From the NCBI GenBank assembly GCA_965140445.1, contig OZ223236.1, forward strand, positions 2,048,001-2,112,000: DNA of 64,000 bases. Direction: 5' to 3'. This DNA is from Candidatus Ozemobacteraceae bacterium (lineage in GTDB: Bacteria > Muiribacteriota > Ozemobacteria > Ozemobacterales > Ozemobacteraceae). Positions 9,649-19,748 of the stretch are shown here, piece by piece. The position numbers and the translations under genes were made by a program. The notes below the pieces were generated by a model, which did not search any database, was not told the DNA's origin, and worked only from the letters and a program-made list of their open reading frames with translations. Positions within the stretch are counted from its first letter, which is position 1. Every line of letters begins with the position of its first letter.

Positions 9649-10983
9649 TTATTGTGGTGTTACGTTGATTGTGTAAGCGGTGTTTCCGTCTTCTTGAACG
9701 ATTATATCATCGGTCTCAATTTTGTAGTATCCATGTGACATGTTTACTACAAGAACCTTGATTGGATAACCAGTTATCACGCCTGAGATGTAACCTTCTG
9801 CTCTATAGTTTACAGAAACAACGTCTACGTAAGGCACGATATCTTTTCCACCCTGTCTGATGTATATCCTCGCAATATCTCCACCAGGGAATGATGAAGG
9901 AGTAGAATCATCAGGCATTGTGCCAGTTACAACGATTCTAAGATCTCTTCTAATTGGTTCTATATCGCTGAAGTCAGCATCGATACCACCAATTGTTCCA
10001 CCAGGAATATTAGTAGGAATACTTACAGCAGAGTTGATTGTAAGCAGATCATAACCACGAATTTTGCATTTAATTGATACGCTTCCAGCTGTTACTGGGA
10101 TATCTGTTAGCAAATAGTTTACAGACCCTTTGTAAGCATCTGTTACAGCTGGATCAGTAAATGTTGCAACTACTTTTCCAGCAGACTCGGCCCAGATAAG
10201 AATATCTTTCTGCTGAGTGTCAAGGACGTAACCTGGCAGATTGCGCAGAGTTCCGGCGATGTTAACAGTTAATGGTTGAACTTTTATTGTTCCGAGGTCA
10301 ACTGCTGAAGCTCCAATGGAGATCTTTGCAGCTGTTGGGTCTGCATTAGTTTTATATTCAACATAGTTGTTGCAAGTGATAGTGTAATGGTGATCGCCAC
10401 CTTCAAGTCCTGTCCAACCAAGTGTTCTGAAATCTTCAGCAGTTTCAAAAAGCTTTGATTTTCTCTGGTTGTATGGTTCGGTTTGAGTAACGGTAAAGTT
10501 TCTTAATGGTCTTCCTGTAATGCTATCAACTGGGTAGCCTTTCAAAGTTCCTTTGTAAAGCTCAGGTGCTTTGGTCATCTTGATTACTGAAAGATTAATG
10601 GTTTCACCATTGTTAATGGAAGCCGCAGCTGCTTCGAGGTTGGCTGTTGCTGTGCCATTATTCTCATTTGTTCCAGAAACATAGTAGCCATACTTTTCTA
10701 CGTAAAATTTCCAGTCATCGCCTTTGGCCATGTCATGAAAACTGTAGCTTCCATCGCCACCTGTATAGGTAGTCATGGTTTGCTTAGCTTCACCACCACC
10801 TTCAGCCTTTACCAGGACCTCTGGGATTGGTTGATTAGTTTCGGAATTCAGAACGTAGCCTACTGCGCTTCCGCCTTTTACTCCAAGTGAGCCTTTCTCG
10901 CATCCAGTAAAAACGATGCTGGCCAGGGATAGAACGAGCAGTAAAAGCCACCGCCCCTTAACATTTTGGGTGTTTCGCACCAT
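9649..10983 (-). CDS. beta-rich lipoprotein with carboxypeptidase-regulatory/prealbumin-like domain (paralogue 1)
   Basis: Lipobox FTGC then EKGSLGVKGG; TGGDGSYSF motif; GGAGG RBS before MVRN. Confidence 0.75.
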   Translation of the reverse strand: MVRNTQNVKGRWLLLLVLSLASIVFTGCEKGSLGVKGGSAVGYVLNSETNQPIPEVLVKAEGGGEAKQTMTTYTGGDGSYSFHDMAKGDDWKFYVEKYGYYVSGTNENNGTATANLEAAAASINNGETINLSVIKMTKAPELYKGTLKGYPVDSITGRPLRNFTVTQTEPYNQRKSKLFETAEDFRTLGWTGLEGGDHHYTITCNNYVEYKTNADPTAAKISIGASAVDLGTIKVQPLTVNIAGTLRNLPGYVLDTQQKDILIWAESAGKVVATFTDPAVTDAYKGSVNYLLTDIPVTAGSVSIKCKIRGYDLLTINSAVSIPTNIPGGTIGGIDADFSDIEPIRRDLRIVVTGTMPDDSTPSSFPGGDIARIYIRQGGKDIVPYVDVVSVNYRAEGYISGVITGYPIKVLVVNMSHGYYKIETDDIIVQEDGNTAYTINVTPQ

Positions 10984-11022
10984 GGTTGCCTCCATGTGAA
11001 TCTATAAAATATCTCAGGAAGT

Positions 11023-11049
11023 ATATCGGCGGAATTTTGAGAAGTTTTA
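11023..11049 (-). promoter_or_regulatory. sigma-28-type promoter TAAA-N15-GCCGATAT
   Basis: Exact consensus and spacing. Confidence 0.7.
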
Positions 11050-11191
11050 AAACTTTTTTCATTTTTTTACAAATAAAGCCTAAAAAACGACTTTTTTTTT
11101 AATTTGGAGTTTCTTTTCTTTAATTGTCATGCAAAAAAAAATCTCTTCTTCTCAGTCAGTATCTCTTGAAAAAGAATATTTATTTTTTCGT

Positions 11192-11218
11192 TAAACTTTC
11201 TATTGGTTGAGCCGATGA
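11192..11218 (+). promoter_or_regulatory. sigma-28-type promoter TAAA-N15-GCCGATGA
   Basis: Near-exact consensus, exact spacing, divergent from the previous promoter. Confidence 0.7.
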
Positions 11219-11262
11219 GGTATTGAACCAACTCTTCAAGACATAAACGTTGGAGGCGTAAT

Positions 11263-12501
11263 ATGATTAATGAAAGGCGGAATCCTGGCGCATATGGGAT
11301 TCTAACAGCACTGTTCCTGGTGCTTATCCTAAGCCTTGTAGGTTGCGAAAAAGGCACCTTGGGGTTAAAGGGAGGGAGTATTTCTGGAACAGTTCTGAAC
11401 AGCAGAACTCTTGTTGGAATTTCAGGAGTAAGCATCAAGGCAGAAGCTGGAACAGAAGAAACTAAAGTTACAAAGTATTCTTCAACTGACAGTAATGGTA
11501 ACTTTTATCTTAACGATATGAGAGCCGATGAATGGTTACTGACTTTTGATAAGGTTGGATACTTACCAATTGATGCTGATGCTTCTAGCAGTGTAAAAAT
11601 CGTTGTTACAAACAATGAAAGTACTAGCGTTTCTGAAGTTCGAATGGAACCCACAATTGAGAACCAGTATGTAACCGTATCTGGAACACTCAAAGACGCC
11701 ACCAATGGAACCCTTATAACTTATGGAAATGCACAATTCATCTTTGGACAGACATCCTTTAGTAATCGTTTGCCAACTGAATTTACAACAGGTTTCAGAA
11801 TTCCTGCATTGACTGGTGATACAGACCTGTCTATATCTGTTGCTGGTTATATGCCTATGACAATTAACCTCAACAATGTTGTAACAGATAGAGATCTGGG
11901 AACCATTCAGCTAACTCCTGAATCTTACAAGCTTGTTGGTAGATGGACTGATATACCAGGATGGGTTTTCCAGGATGCTCCAAGAGCTGACATCTTTGCA
12001 TACTCTGGAAATCGTCTTGTTGCAACGGCAACGGCTCAGCTAAATCAGCAGCAGTTTGAAATGATCGGTATTCCAAAAGGAACTTCTGTTTCAATTGAAG
12101 CTGAAATCAAAGGTTATAGAATGAATGGTCCAGTAGTCGTATACCCATCAGGTGACTTTCAGGGAACCATTTATCAGACATTCTCTTTGAAAAACCATTT
12201 CTCACAGATAATGAGAGATGTTCGAGTAATTGTTAGCGGTAATGGAATTAGTACTGGCGACATTATTGGAGCTTACTGTGAACAGACAGGAACAACCTGG
12301 GCGCAAACGACTGTTTCAAATCCTCCGGGACTTTCAGTTGGAACCCCACGAGTTATTGATCTGGGAACTAATCAGGTTCCAACAGGCTATACCCTTACCT
12401 TCAGTGGATACTCCGTCGAAAATGGAACCATCAGTTCTAAAGATGTTTTCATTAATGATGATGGATCTGATCCGCAAGTTGTTACAGTGCCGGTGAATTA
12501 A
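11263..12501 (+). CDS. beta-rich lipoprotein (paralogue 2)
   Basis: Lipobox LVGC then EKGTLGLKGG; TDSNGNFYL motif; GGAGG RBS. Confidence 0.75.
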   Translation: MINERRNPGAYGILTALFLVLILSLVGCEKGTLGLKGGSISGTVLNSRTLVGISGVSIKAEAGTEETKVTKYSSTDSNGNFYLNDMRADEWLLTFDKVGYLPIDADASSSVKIVVTNNESTSVSEVRMEPTIENQYVTVSGTLKDATNGTLITYGNAQFIFGQTSFSNRLPTEFTTGFRIPALTGDTDLSISVAGYMPMTINLNNVVTDRDLGTIQLTPESYKLVGRWTDIPGWVFQDAPRADIFAYSGNRLVATATAQLNQQQFEMIGIPKGTSVSIEAEIKGYRMNGPVVVYPSGDFQGTIYQTFSLKNHFSQIMRDVRVIVSGNGISTGDIIGAYCEQTGTTWAQTTVSNPPGLSVGTPRVIDLGTNQVPTGYTLTFSGYSVENGTISSKDVFINDDGSDPQVVTVPVN

Positions 12502-12542
12502 TTATGAGTAAGAATTCTTCTGAACTCTTCGGGAGGTTAAAA

Positions 12543-14011
12543 ATGACGAACTTTCGATTCTGGGGTGGGTGGTTTCTGGTGTTTGCCGGATTAAGCATCC
12601 TTTTAACTATGGGTTGCGAAAAGGTGCACTAGGCGTCAAATCAGCAACAGTCACTGGAAAGGTTGTTGACAAAGACAATACTAATACTCCAGTTCCAAAC
12701 GCAATCGTGCGAATGATGTCTAAAGAAGCTGTAGGTGCTGGTGAATTACCACAGGGTTCTAACTTTATGGCAACTAACACTGATGCAAACGGGAACTTTA
12801 TATTTGAAAATGTTAGCGCTGATAATGTTGTTCTTGAAGTAAATGCTAATGGATATGCAAAGATTCTTTATCCATCAACACAGGCAGCAACAACTGAAGA
12901 TGGTCAGACTGAAGAAGCTGGGCAGGTTCAGAGTGTTTATGTTAGAAGTGGTTCGGTAACCAATGTGGGATACCTCGCCATGACTAAGATTTCTAATCCT
13001 CTTCCTGAAACAATTTCAACTAGTATTGTGTTTAGAGATGCTACTACTCTTGAACTGATTGATGAAAAAGCTGGTCCTATTACAGTTTCTTTCAACAATC
13101 AAACTGTAACACTTCCTGTTTCTAACTGGAGAGATGGTATTGACCTTACTGGTAACCCCATCACCTTAACAGCTGAAACTTCATTTAAAGTTATGGCAAG
13201 AGCTAACTCTGCTTATTATCTTGCATACGAAGAAACTATGGCGGGAACTGGTGATATACAGTCTGAAATTCTTCTAACCCCTGTTTCTTATAACCTTCTT
13301 CTTAGATGCACAAACGTTCCTGATTATATTGAGGGCGGAGTTGTTAACGTTTATGCGGAAAATATTCCAACTAATGTTGCTAGCCCACCAAAAGTCATTG
13401 CAACTCATACGATAAGTAACCTTGGAAATCTTACAGAGCCTAATCTTCCAGCTGTTGTTGCAGTTCCTGGATTAGCATTACCAGTAAATTTGAGAATTCA
13501 GGTTAGAGGTTATGAAGATGAAGTTATGCAGATTACTTCTGCAAATCTGCCAGCCGGTTCACAGGGAACTTACCGCGTAGATGTTAACTTCCTTGCAAAC
13601 AATGGAACAAAGAATTTGATTTATGATCCAATCCTTGCTTCTCAGGCAGGTTTACTTGATAATAGACTTAAGCGCGACGTTGTTTTGGAAGTATCTGGAC
13701 CTCATCTGTTAACAGGCGATTCTGTTTCAGCCATGATTAACCTTCCATACGAAACTCTTTCATATCACAACACTGAAACTGCCTCTAGCATTTGTTCTAA
13801 TAACAAGCCCGTTAGAGTTACATTTGGAAATACAGTTGTTGGTTACAATCTTAGCTGGGGCGTAACAGTATCTCCAACTATTGTTGGAAGTCCAAGCTAT
13901 GCATCTGGATCATATTCAATCTCATCTGCAGATCCGATTATGATAAATGTTCCAAACGATGTTCCTGCAAAAGGAATTCTCCTTGGAGCAGAAGCTAAAC
14001 GACCAGAATAA
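12543..14011 (+). pseudogene. beta-rich lipoprotein (paralogue 3) with apparent 1-nt frameshift near 12619-12622 (true mutation or sequencing error)
   Basis: GGGAGG RBS and ATG at 12543 encode MTNFRFWGGWFLVFAGLSILLTMGCEK then stop at 12630-12632; adding one A restores GCEKGALGVK in frame with ORF 12569..14011. Confidence 0.75.
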
Positions 14012-14022
14012 GAATAAGAATA

Positions 14023-14056
14023 AAAAAAGGCCAGACTTAATTGTCTGGCCTTTTTT
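14023..14056. terminator. bidirectional intrinsic terminator
   Basis: AAAAAAGGCCAGAC...GTCTGGCCTTTTTT between convergent genes. Confidence 0.85.
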
Positions 14057-14067
14057 ATTTTAGCTTT

Positions 14068-15216
14068 CTAGATAACTGGAGTTCCGTGTGGATAATCAAC
14101 TCCAAGATGCTTTGCTACAGTTGCTGCAATATCCCAGAAACCCTTTCTTACTCCAAGATCTTTTCCTGGTCTGTTTTTCTGATAAACAAGCAGAGGGACT
14201 ACTTCGCGTGTGTGATCGCTTCCCTTAAAGGTTGGATCACAACCGTGGTCAGCTGTAATGAGAAGAATATCATCTTCATTCAATTTAGGTAGAAATGTTC
14301 CAAGCCATTTATCAAATTCTTCAAGTGCATTTTTGTAGCCGTTTACATCTCTTCTGTGACCAAATTTCATATCTGTATCAACGAGATTTGTAAAGATGAA
14401 ACCATTTTTTACTTTTTCAAGGGCTTCATCTGTTTTAGCCATTCCATCAGCGTTATCTTTTGTGGTTACATGTGGTTCAACGCCAAAGCCTGCAAAAATG
14501 TCATAAATTTTACCAACGCCATAAGTTGTTATGCCTTTTTCCTTAAGCACGTCCATTACAGATTTGCCACTTGGTGGAAGGCTATAGTCATGTCTTCTGG
14601 AAGTTCTTGTATAATTCCCGGAAGTTCCTGTGAATGGTCTGGCAATAACCCTTGCAGCGCCAAGTTCTGGTGGTTGGAGCATATCGCGGGCTGTTTGACA
14701 AATTTTATAAAGTTCTTCAATTGAAATTACATCTTCATGTGCGGCAATCTGAAATACAGAGTCAGCAGAAGTGTAAACAATTGGTTTACCAGTCTTTACA
14801 TGTTCGTCGCCAAGCTCATCAAGAATAACAGTTCCTGAAGAAGCATAGTTGCCAATTGTTTCTTTTCCGATAGCTTCTTCAAATTTTTTAAGCCAGTCTT
14901 TTGGGAAACCATCTGGGAAAACAGGAAAAGCAAAATCAAGTTTTACTCCCATCATTTCCCAGTGACCTGTAGTAGTATCTTTCCCAGGGGAAAGTTCTTC
15001 CATATAGGCAAAAGAGCCTTCTGGTTTATCTACAGGCGGAACACCCATAATTTCTTTAATATTGCCGAGACCTAGCTTTCCCATTACCGGAAGGCTGATT
15101 CCACCAGCTGCTTTAGCCAGATTTGGAATAGTCGCAGCGCCTTTGTCACCATATTGTTCAGAATCGGGCATTGGCCCAATTCCTGCACTATCTAAAACAA
15201 TGCATATTGCTCGCAT
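14068..15216 (-). CDS. deoB: phosphopentomutase
   Basis: VLDSAGIG, GKDTTTGHWE, YTSADSVFQIAAHE, RVIARPF, GHRRD, TADHGCDP. Confidence 0.96.
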   Translation of the reverse strand: MRAICIVLDSAGIGPMPDSEQYGDKGAATIPNLAKAAGGISLPVMGKLGLGNIKEIMGVPPVDKPEGSFAYMEELSPGKDTTTGHWEMMGVKLDFAFPVFPDGFPKDWLKKFEEAIGKETIGNYASSGTVILDELGDEHVKTGKPIVYTSADSVFQIAAHEDVISIEELYKICQTARDMLQPPELGAARVIARPFTGTSGNYTRTSRRHDYSLPPSGKSVMDVLKEKGITTYGVGKIYDIFAGFGVEPHVTTKDNADGMAKTDEALEKVKNGFIFTNLVDTDMKFGHRRDVNGYKNALEEFDKWLGTFLPKLNEDDILLITADHGCDPTFKGSDHTREVVPLLVYQKNRPGKDLGVRKGFWDIAATVAKHLGVDYPHGTPVI

Positions 15217-15219
15217 ATC

Positions 15220-15678
15220 TTAATTTCCTTTTCCTCGTAATTGCTCAAGGAGCATTAGTTTTTCTATTCGCTTGGCATGTCTGCCAGGCGCAGGTTGTGT
15301 TTCTATCCATTTATCAACAATCTGCTTCATGTAACCGGTTCCAATAACCATGCTGCCCATAGTTAAAACGTTTGCATGATTATGTTCTCGGCTGTTATTT
15401 GCTGCATAAAGATCATTGCAGCATGCAGCTCGCACACCTGGAACCTTATTTGCTGCCATACATGAGCCAATTCCAGCGCCATCTATTACAATTCCTAATG
15501 TTAAAGGGTTGATAGAAACTGCATGCGCAACAAGATAGGCAATGTCCGGATAATCTACTGAATTCGTGGAATAAGTTCCAACGTCTTCTACGACATAACC
15601 CTTTTCTTGTAGGTATTTTTTTAATTCTTCTTTATGGCCAAATCCACCGTGATCGGCGCCAATAACTATTTTAGGCAT
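15220..15678 (-). CDS. rpiB: RpiB/LacA/LacB family sugar-phosphate isomerase (BMC-associated)
   Basis: GADHGG, VDYPD, DGAGIGS, ANKVPGVRAA, REHNHAN, GRHAKR. Confidence 0.92.
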   Translation of the reverse strand: MPKIVIGADHGGFGHKEELKKYLQEKGYVVEDVGTYSTNSVDYPDIAYLVAHAVSINPLTLGIVIDGAGIGSCMAANKVPGVRAACCNDLYAANNSREHNHANVLTMGSMVIGTGYMKQIVDKWIETQPAPGRHAKRIEKLMLLEQLRGKGN

Positions 15679-16235
15679 TAGATAAACTCCTGAAACAATT
15701 CTTCTCTAGGGCGTGGAATAACCACAGAGTGAACAACCAGGCCTTTTTCCTTAAGAGATTCAAGACCAGCTTCAACAGCGGCTTCTACTGCGGCGACATC
15801 GCCTGTAAGGGTGTAAAACGCTTTGCCGCCAATTGCCATGGCAATTCTGACTTCACATAAAGTTACGTCTGCAGCTTTTGCAGAAGCGTCTGCGGCAAGG
15901 ATAGTTGACACAATATCAAAGGTTTCAACTACTCCGAGAGCACCGGTTTCTTTTATCTGGTTGGTTGCTGTCATAGCGGGATAAATCTGAGGATCCAGAT
16001 TTGGAATAACCAGATCGTTGACTATGTAGCCTTGACCAATTTGAATTCCCGCATCAATGCTAGCTTCTACTGCAGCAACATCACCCCAGATGAGACATAT
16101 GAATTTACCAGGGCAGACTGTTCTAGATAAAACTAGCTCAACAGAAGCTGTTTTTAACATTGTATCTGTGACCTGGTAACCGATAGAAATGCTTGAAAGC
16201 TCTATCAGGCCAATGGCATTTTTATTAACACTCAT
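15678..16235 (-). CDS. BMC-T tandem shell protein, PduT-like
   Basis: Two BMC domains (GDVAAVEA twice) and CPGK pore-cysteine motif. Confidence 0.9.
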   Translation of the reverse strand: MSVNKNAIGLIELSSISIGYQVTDTMLKTASVELVLSRTVCPGKFICLIWGDVAAVEASIDAGIQIGQGYIVNDLVIPNLDPQIYPAMTATNQIKETGALGVVETFDIVSTILAADASAKAADVTLCEVRIAMAIGGKAFYTLTGDVAAVEAAVEAGLESLKEKGLVVHSVVIPRPREELFQEFI

Positions 16236-16246
16236 CTTTCAAATCC

Positions 16247-17560
16247 TTATTCTCTTGAAATTGTTATCGCGGTTTCAGAAATTGTCGTGACTTTTCCGCT
16301 GATAGAAGCATGAAGAGAAGCGCTTAGCTTTCCTTCTGGTATAGCGGCTATTAATTGCCCGGCTTTAACAGTTTCCCCAACTCTTACTTGGGGAATTGCA
16401 GGTGCGCCGATATTCATTTTTAATGGCAATGTAACCGATTCGTAGCGTGTGTTGAAAGTTGTTAAGGGGGCTTTTCTGTCAAAATTCAAAAGTCCCAGTT
16501 TTTTCAGAAGCCTTTCAATGCTAACTCTTCGATGGGAGCGCATTGGGTGTATTGTTGGCTGTCCAGGAAACTCTCCGGCTTTTACTCCATTACCAAGGTG
16601 AAATTTCTTTGATTTAATACACATTTCCCTTGGTGGAAGATCTTCCGGGCATGAAAACAATGAGCAAAGACCGCATTCGCTGCAAAAAATTGAATCTACA
16701 GCAAAATTGCTTGTTTCATAAGGTGCGAATTGCGCTGTTCTCATTGCCTTGTGTGGTCTTATTGGATATCCAAGTAGAGCTCTTGGGCACAACTCAGAAC
16801 AATCAGTACACTGATCGCAGGCAGAGCGCGATATTTTAGAATTTTCCCTTTCCGTGCGAAGCATTTTTCTGATTAGTACATGATCTGTTGGCAGGGCAAT
16901 TAAGCCGCCACAGGTTTTGCTCACTATTTCCTGCTCCGGGTTGGAAAGGATTTTTCCCATCATTGGTCCGCCATCAATAACAGTTAGACCATCGAGGGAT
17001 TTTAAGCCAGAAAGTTCAAACGCTTCCATAACTGAAATTCCAATTGGAACTTCAACTGTTACAGGGTTAGGAACCTGACCAGTAATAGTCAGAAATTTAG
17101 TTATAACTGGTTTATTTCTGCCAAGATTAAGGAGAGTTTCAACATTGGCAACAACGCAACCAATGTTTAGTGGAATGCCACCATGAGGGATCAGCCTTCC
17201 AGTCGCTTCATAGACCAATTCATACTCGTCTCCGGCTGGGTAAAAATCACCAAGTTGGAGAATCTTTATGCGCGAGTCTGGATTAGAAGCTTCCATGTGC
17301 TTGATTAATTTGGCATACTTGGCTTTGATTCCTATGTGAGCCGTTTTTGCACCAGTAATGTTTAAGGCGTCAACCAGTCCCTTGTAGAACTCTTGAGTGT
17401 GCTTGAGCATGATCTCTTTATCTTTGTGAAGAAGAGGCTCACATTCTGCGGCATTAACAATAAAGTCTTCTACATTTTTGGCAGCAAGTTTTACATGAGT
17501 TGGAAATCCTGCTCCACCACAGCCTACTAGGCCGAGTTCTGATAGGTTTCTATTTGGCAT
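16247..17560 (-). CDS. PduS/RnfC-like flavin and 4Fe-4S oxidoreductase
   Basis: GCGGAGFPTH, NAAECEP, GGPMMG, CDQCTDC..CP and CSECGLC..CP clusters, C-terminal GAPA...LHASISG. Confidence 0.9.
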   Translation of the reverse strand: MPNRNLSELGLVGCGGAGFPTHVKLAAKNVEDFIVNAAECEPLLHKDKEIMLKHTQEFYKGLVDALNITGAKTAHIGIKAKYAKLIKHMEASNPDSRIKILQLGDFYPAGDEYELVYEATGRLIPHGGIPLNIGCVVANVETLLNLGRNKPVITKFLTITGQVPNPVTVEVPIGISVMEAFELSGLKSLDGLTVIDGGPMMGKILSNPEQEIVSKTCGGLIALPTDHVLIRKMLRTERENSKISRSACDQCTDCSELCPRALLGYPIRPHKAMRTAQFAPYETSNFAVDSIFCSECGLCSLFSCPEDLPPREMCIKSKKFHLGNGVKAGEFPGQPTIHPMRSHRRVSIERLLKKLGLLNFDRKAPLTTFNTRYESVTLPLKMNIGAPAIPQVRVGETVKAGQLIAAIPEGKLSASLHASISGKVTTISETAITISRE

Positions 17561-17590
17561 AACTAAATTCCAGTTTTACTTAAATTAAAA

Positions 17591-17656
17591 AGCTGTATTA
17601 ACCCGAAGCCGATTCATTCTGAAAGTCAGAAAATCAACTTCAAAGTCAATACAGCT
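17591..17656 (-). promoter_or_regulatory. long intercistronic mRNA hairpin followed by U-run
   Basis: Roughly 30-bp imperfect stem whose G-U pairs form only on the minus (coding) strand. Confidence 0.65.
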
Positions 17657-17662
17657 CTTTTA

Positions 17663-19072
17663 TCAGACTATTCTGAATGAATCTACAATAACACACCTGC
17701 GTTGGCGGGTGAATGATCTTGCAGTAGTAATCCCTTCTCCGGTAGGAGAAGCAATTGTCATTGTTGTGCAACCTTCACCGCCAAGTCCCAGTCCAGCATA
17801 GCTGGGGCCATTTTTAACGAAAATGCTACAATCGCATTTTCTAGCCATCATATGGAGATTGTCGATGTTTTTGCTGTGCATTACTGCAGTATGGCGGTTT
17901 CCGTGTTCCACTTTTACTGCAAGCTCTACTGCTGTGTGAACGTCCCTAACTCTCACTAGTGGAATTACCGGCATTAGCAGCTCTTCAACAACAAATGGGT
18001 GATCGGCTGCTACTTCACAAAGCACTATTCTTACATCATCTGGAACTCTTACGCCTATTTGCTCAAGAATAACTGAAGCATTTTTACCGACTAGACCACG
18101 ATTGGGCGCACCTGTTTTAGAATCTATACAGATTTTTTCCAGTTGAGCTATTTCTCGTGGAGAAGCTTCGTAAGCACCGCTATTTTTGAGGTTCTTTTTG
18201 AGCTCGTCAGCTACTGATTCAACAACAATGATTTCTTTTTCAGCAATACAAAGAACATTATTATCAAGACTTGCGCCTGAAACTATGTCCCTTGCTGCTT
18301 TTTTTAAATCAGCTGTTTCATCAACAACTACCGGCGGATTACCTGGGCCAGCTGCAACATATTTTTTTCTAGACTTAGAAGCTGCTGCAACAACACCTGG
18401 ACCACCAGTTACACATAGTAAACGAATTCCGGGATGGGTCATCATTTTCTGAGCGTTTTCTATACTGGCATCTGCTACTGAAGTAAGGATATTGCGAGGC
18501 CCACCGGCTTCAATAATAGCCTCATTCAGCAAAGACATAGTATAGTGACTGCACTTGGTGGCGGAAGGGTGGGGGGCAAAAACAACACCATTACCAGCTG
18601 CAAGCATGCTAATCGAGTTATTGATAACAGTTGCAGTAGGATTTGTAGAAGGTGTGATTGCACCTATAATCCCATATGGAGCCCTCTCAACGAGAGTCAA
18701 TCCACCATCACCAGAATATGAGTCCGGCTGAAGATCTTCAAGACCGGGGGTTTTTTCAATGACAAGCTTGTTTTTTTGCAGCTTATCTTCAAATCGCCCG
18801 TAACCAGTTTCCTGGTTCGCAAATCTTGCAATATCCTCAACCTTTTCCATAGCCCTTTTTCGCATATTTGTGATAATTGCGGCTCTGGTTTTTACAGGGA
18901 GTTCAACAAGCTGCTTCTGAGCAGCAGTTGCAGCAGCAACAGCTTCATCTACAGAGTTGAAAATCCCAATGCCCTGACTCGCTGAAGGTTTATTGGCAAT
19001 CGACTGTGATGGGCCGATTTTCTTTAAAACTTCCTGTACGATCAGGTTTATTTCTTCCCTGGAAACACTCAT
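17663..19072 (-). CDS. CoA-acylating aldehyde dehydrogenase (EutE/PduP family) with N-terminal encapsulation peptide
   Basis: PSTNPT, TGGPGVV, GPGNPP, DNNVLCIAEKE, EELLMP; N-terminus EEINLIVQEVLKKI. Confidence 0.93.
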   Translation of the reverse strand: MSVSREEINLIVQEVLKKIGPSQSIANKPSASQGIGIFNSVDEAVAAATAAQKQLVELPVKTRAAIITNMRKRAMEKVEDIARFANQETGYGRFEDKLQKNKLVIEKTPGLEDLQPDSYSGDGGLTLVERAPYGIIGAITPSTNPTATVINNSISMLAAGNGVVFAPHPSATKCSHYTMSLLNEAIIEAGGPRNILTSVADASIENAQKMMTHPGIRLLCVTGGPGVVAAASKSRKKYVAAGPGNPPVVVDETADLKKAARDIVSGASLDNNVLCIAEKEIIVVESVADELKKNLKNSGAYEASPREIAQLEKICIDSKTGAPNRGLVGKNASVILEQIGVRVPDDVRIVLCEVAADHPFVVEELLMPVIPLVRVRDVHTAVELAVKVEHGNRHTAVMHSKNIDNLHMMARKCDCSIFVKNGPSYAGLGLGGEGCTTMTIASPTGEGITTARSFTRQRRCVIVDSFRIV

Positions 19073-19100
19073 TATGTAACTCCAATCAGGTTAAACGGGC

Positions 19101-19385
19101 CTATTGGTTTCTGTCTGCATCAAAAACAACGCTGTCTACAATTGCACACACCGCTGCATCAACAGGTTTCTTGAGAGTTGCTTCAGTTAACCTGGCAGAA
19201 CTTCCAGAAACTACCAATACCTTTTCAGAGGCCCCTGCTCCAACCGCGTCAACAGCGACGACAAACTTGTTGGTGGGCTTCTGTTCGTGAAGCGTTAGCT
19301 CCTCAACAATAAGCAGCTTCATGCCAACAAGACTCTCATCTTTTCTGGTACAAACTACTGTACCGCACACGCGGCCTAGAATCAT
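19101..19385 (-). CDS. BMC-P vertex protein (EutN/CcmL family)
   Basis: MILGRVCGTVVCT.K, AVDAVGAG, GSSAR, PVDAAVCAIVD. Confidence 0.95.
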   Translation of the reverse strand: MILGRVCGTVVCTRKDESLVGMKLLIVEELTLHEQKPTNKFVVAVDAVGAGASEKVLVVSGSSARLTEATLKKPVDAAVCAIVDSVVFDADRNQ

Positions 19386-19407
19386 GATTTAATACCTTCC
19401 TGAAAAA

Positions 19408-19701
19408 TTACTTTTTTGATCCAGTTGCAGCTCTGATTGGGAGAACATCTTCAAGGTTTGAATGTGGACGTGGAATTACATGAACACATACAAGCTCACC
19501 GATTTTTTTGGCAGCAGCAGCGCCAGCATCAGTAGCGGCTTTTACAGCAGCAACATCGCCTCTTACGAAAGCAGTACAGTAACCAGAACCGATTTTTTCC
19601 CAGCCAACCAATACTACGTTAGCAGCTTTTACCATTGCGTCACTTGCTTCGATGAGAGAAGTTAATCCACGTGTTTCAATCATACCTAAGGCTTCTTGCA
19701 T
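19408..19701 (-). CDS. BMC-H hexameric shell protein (EutM/PduA-like)
   Basis: [38 protein letters not shown]. Confidence 0.97.
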   Translation of the reverse strand: MQEALGMIETRGLTSLIEASDAMVKAANVVLVGWEKIGSGYCTAFVRGDVAAVKAATDAGAAAAKKIGELVCVHVIPRPHSNLEDVLPIRAATGSKK

Positions 19702-19748
19702 GACAAACCTCCATTTTATTGTGTGTCAAATTAGATATTAGTTTGATT

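Noticed and set aside
12569..12622. GTG start and N-terminus MVSGVCRIKHPFNYGLR from the ORF track
   Set aside because: Artefact of the frameshift; the real start is ATG 12543 with RBS and signal peptide
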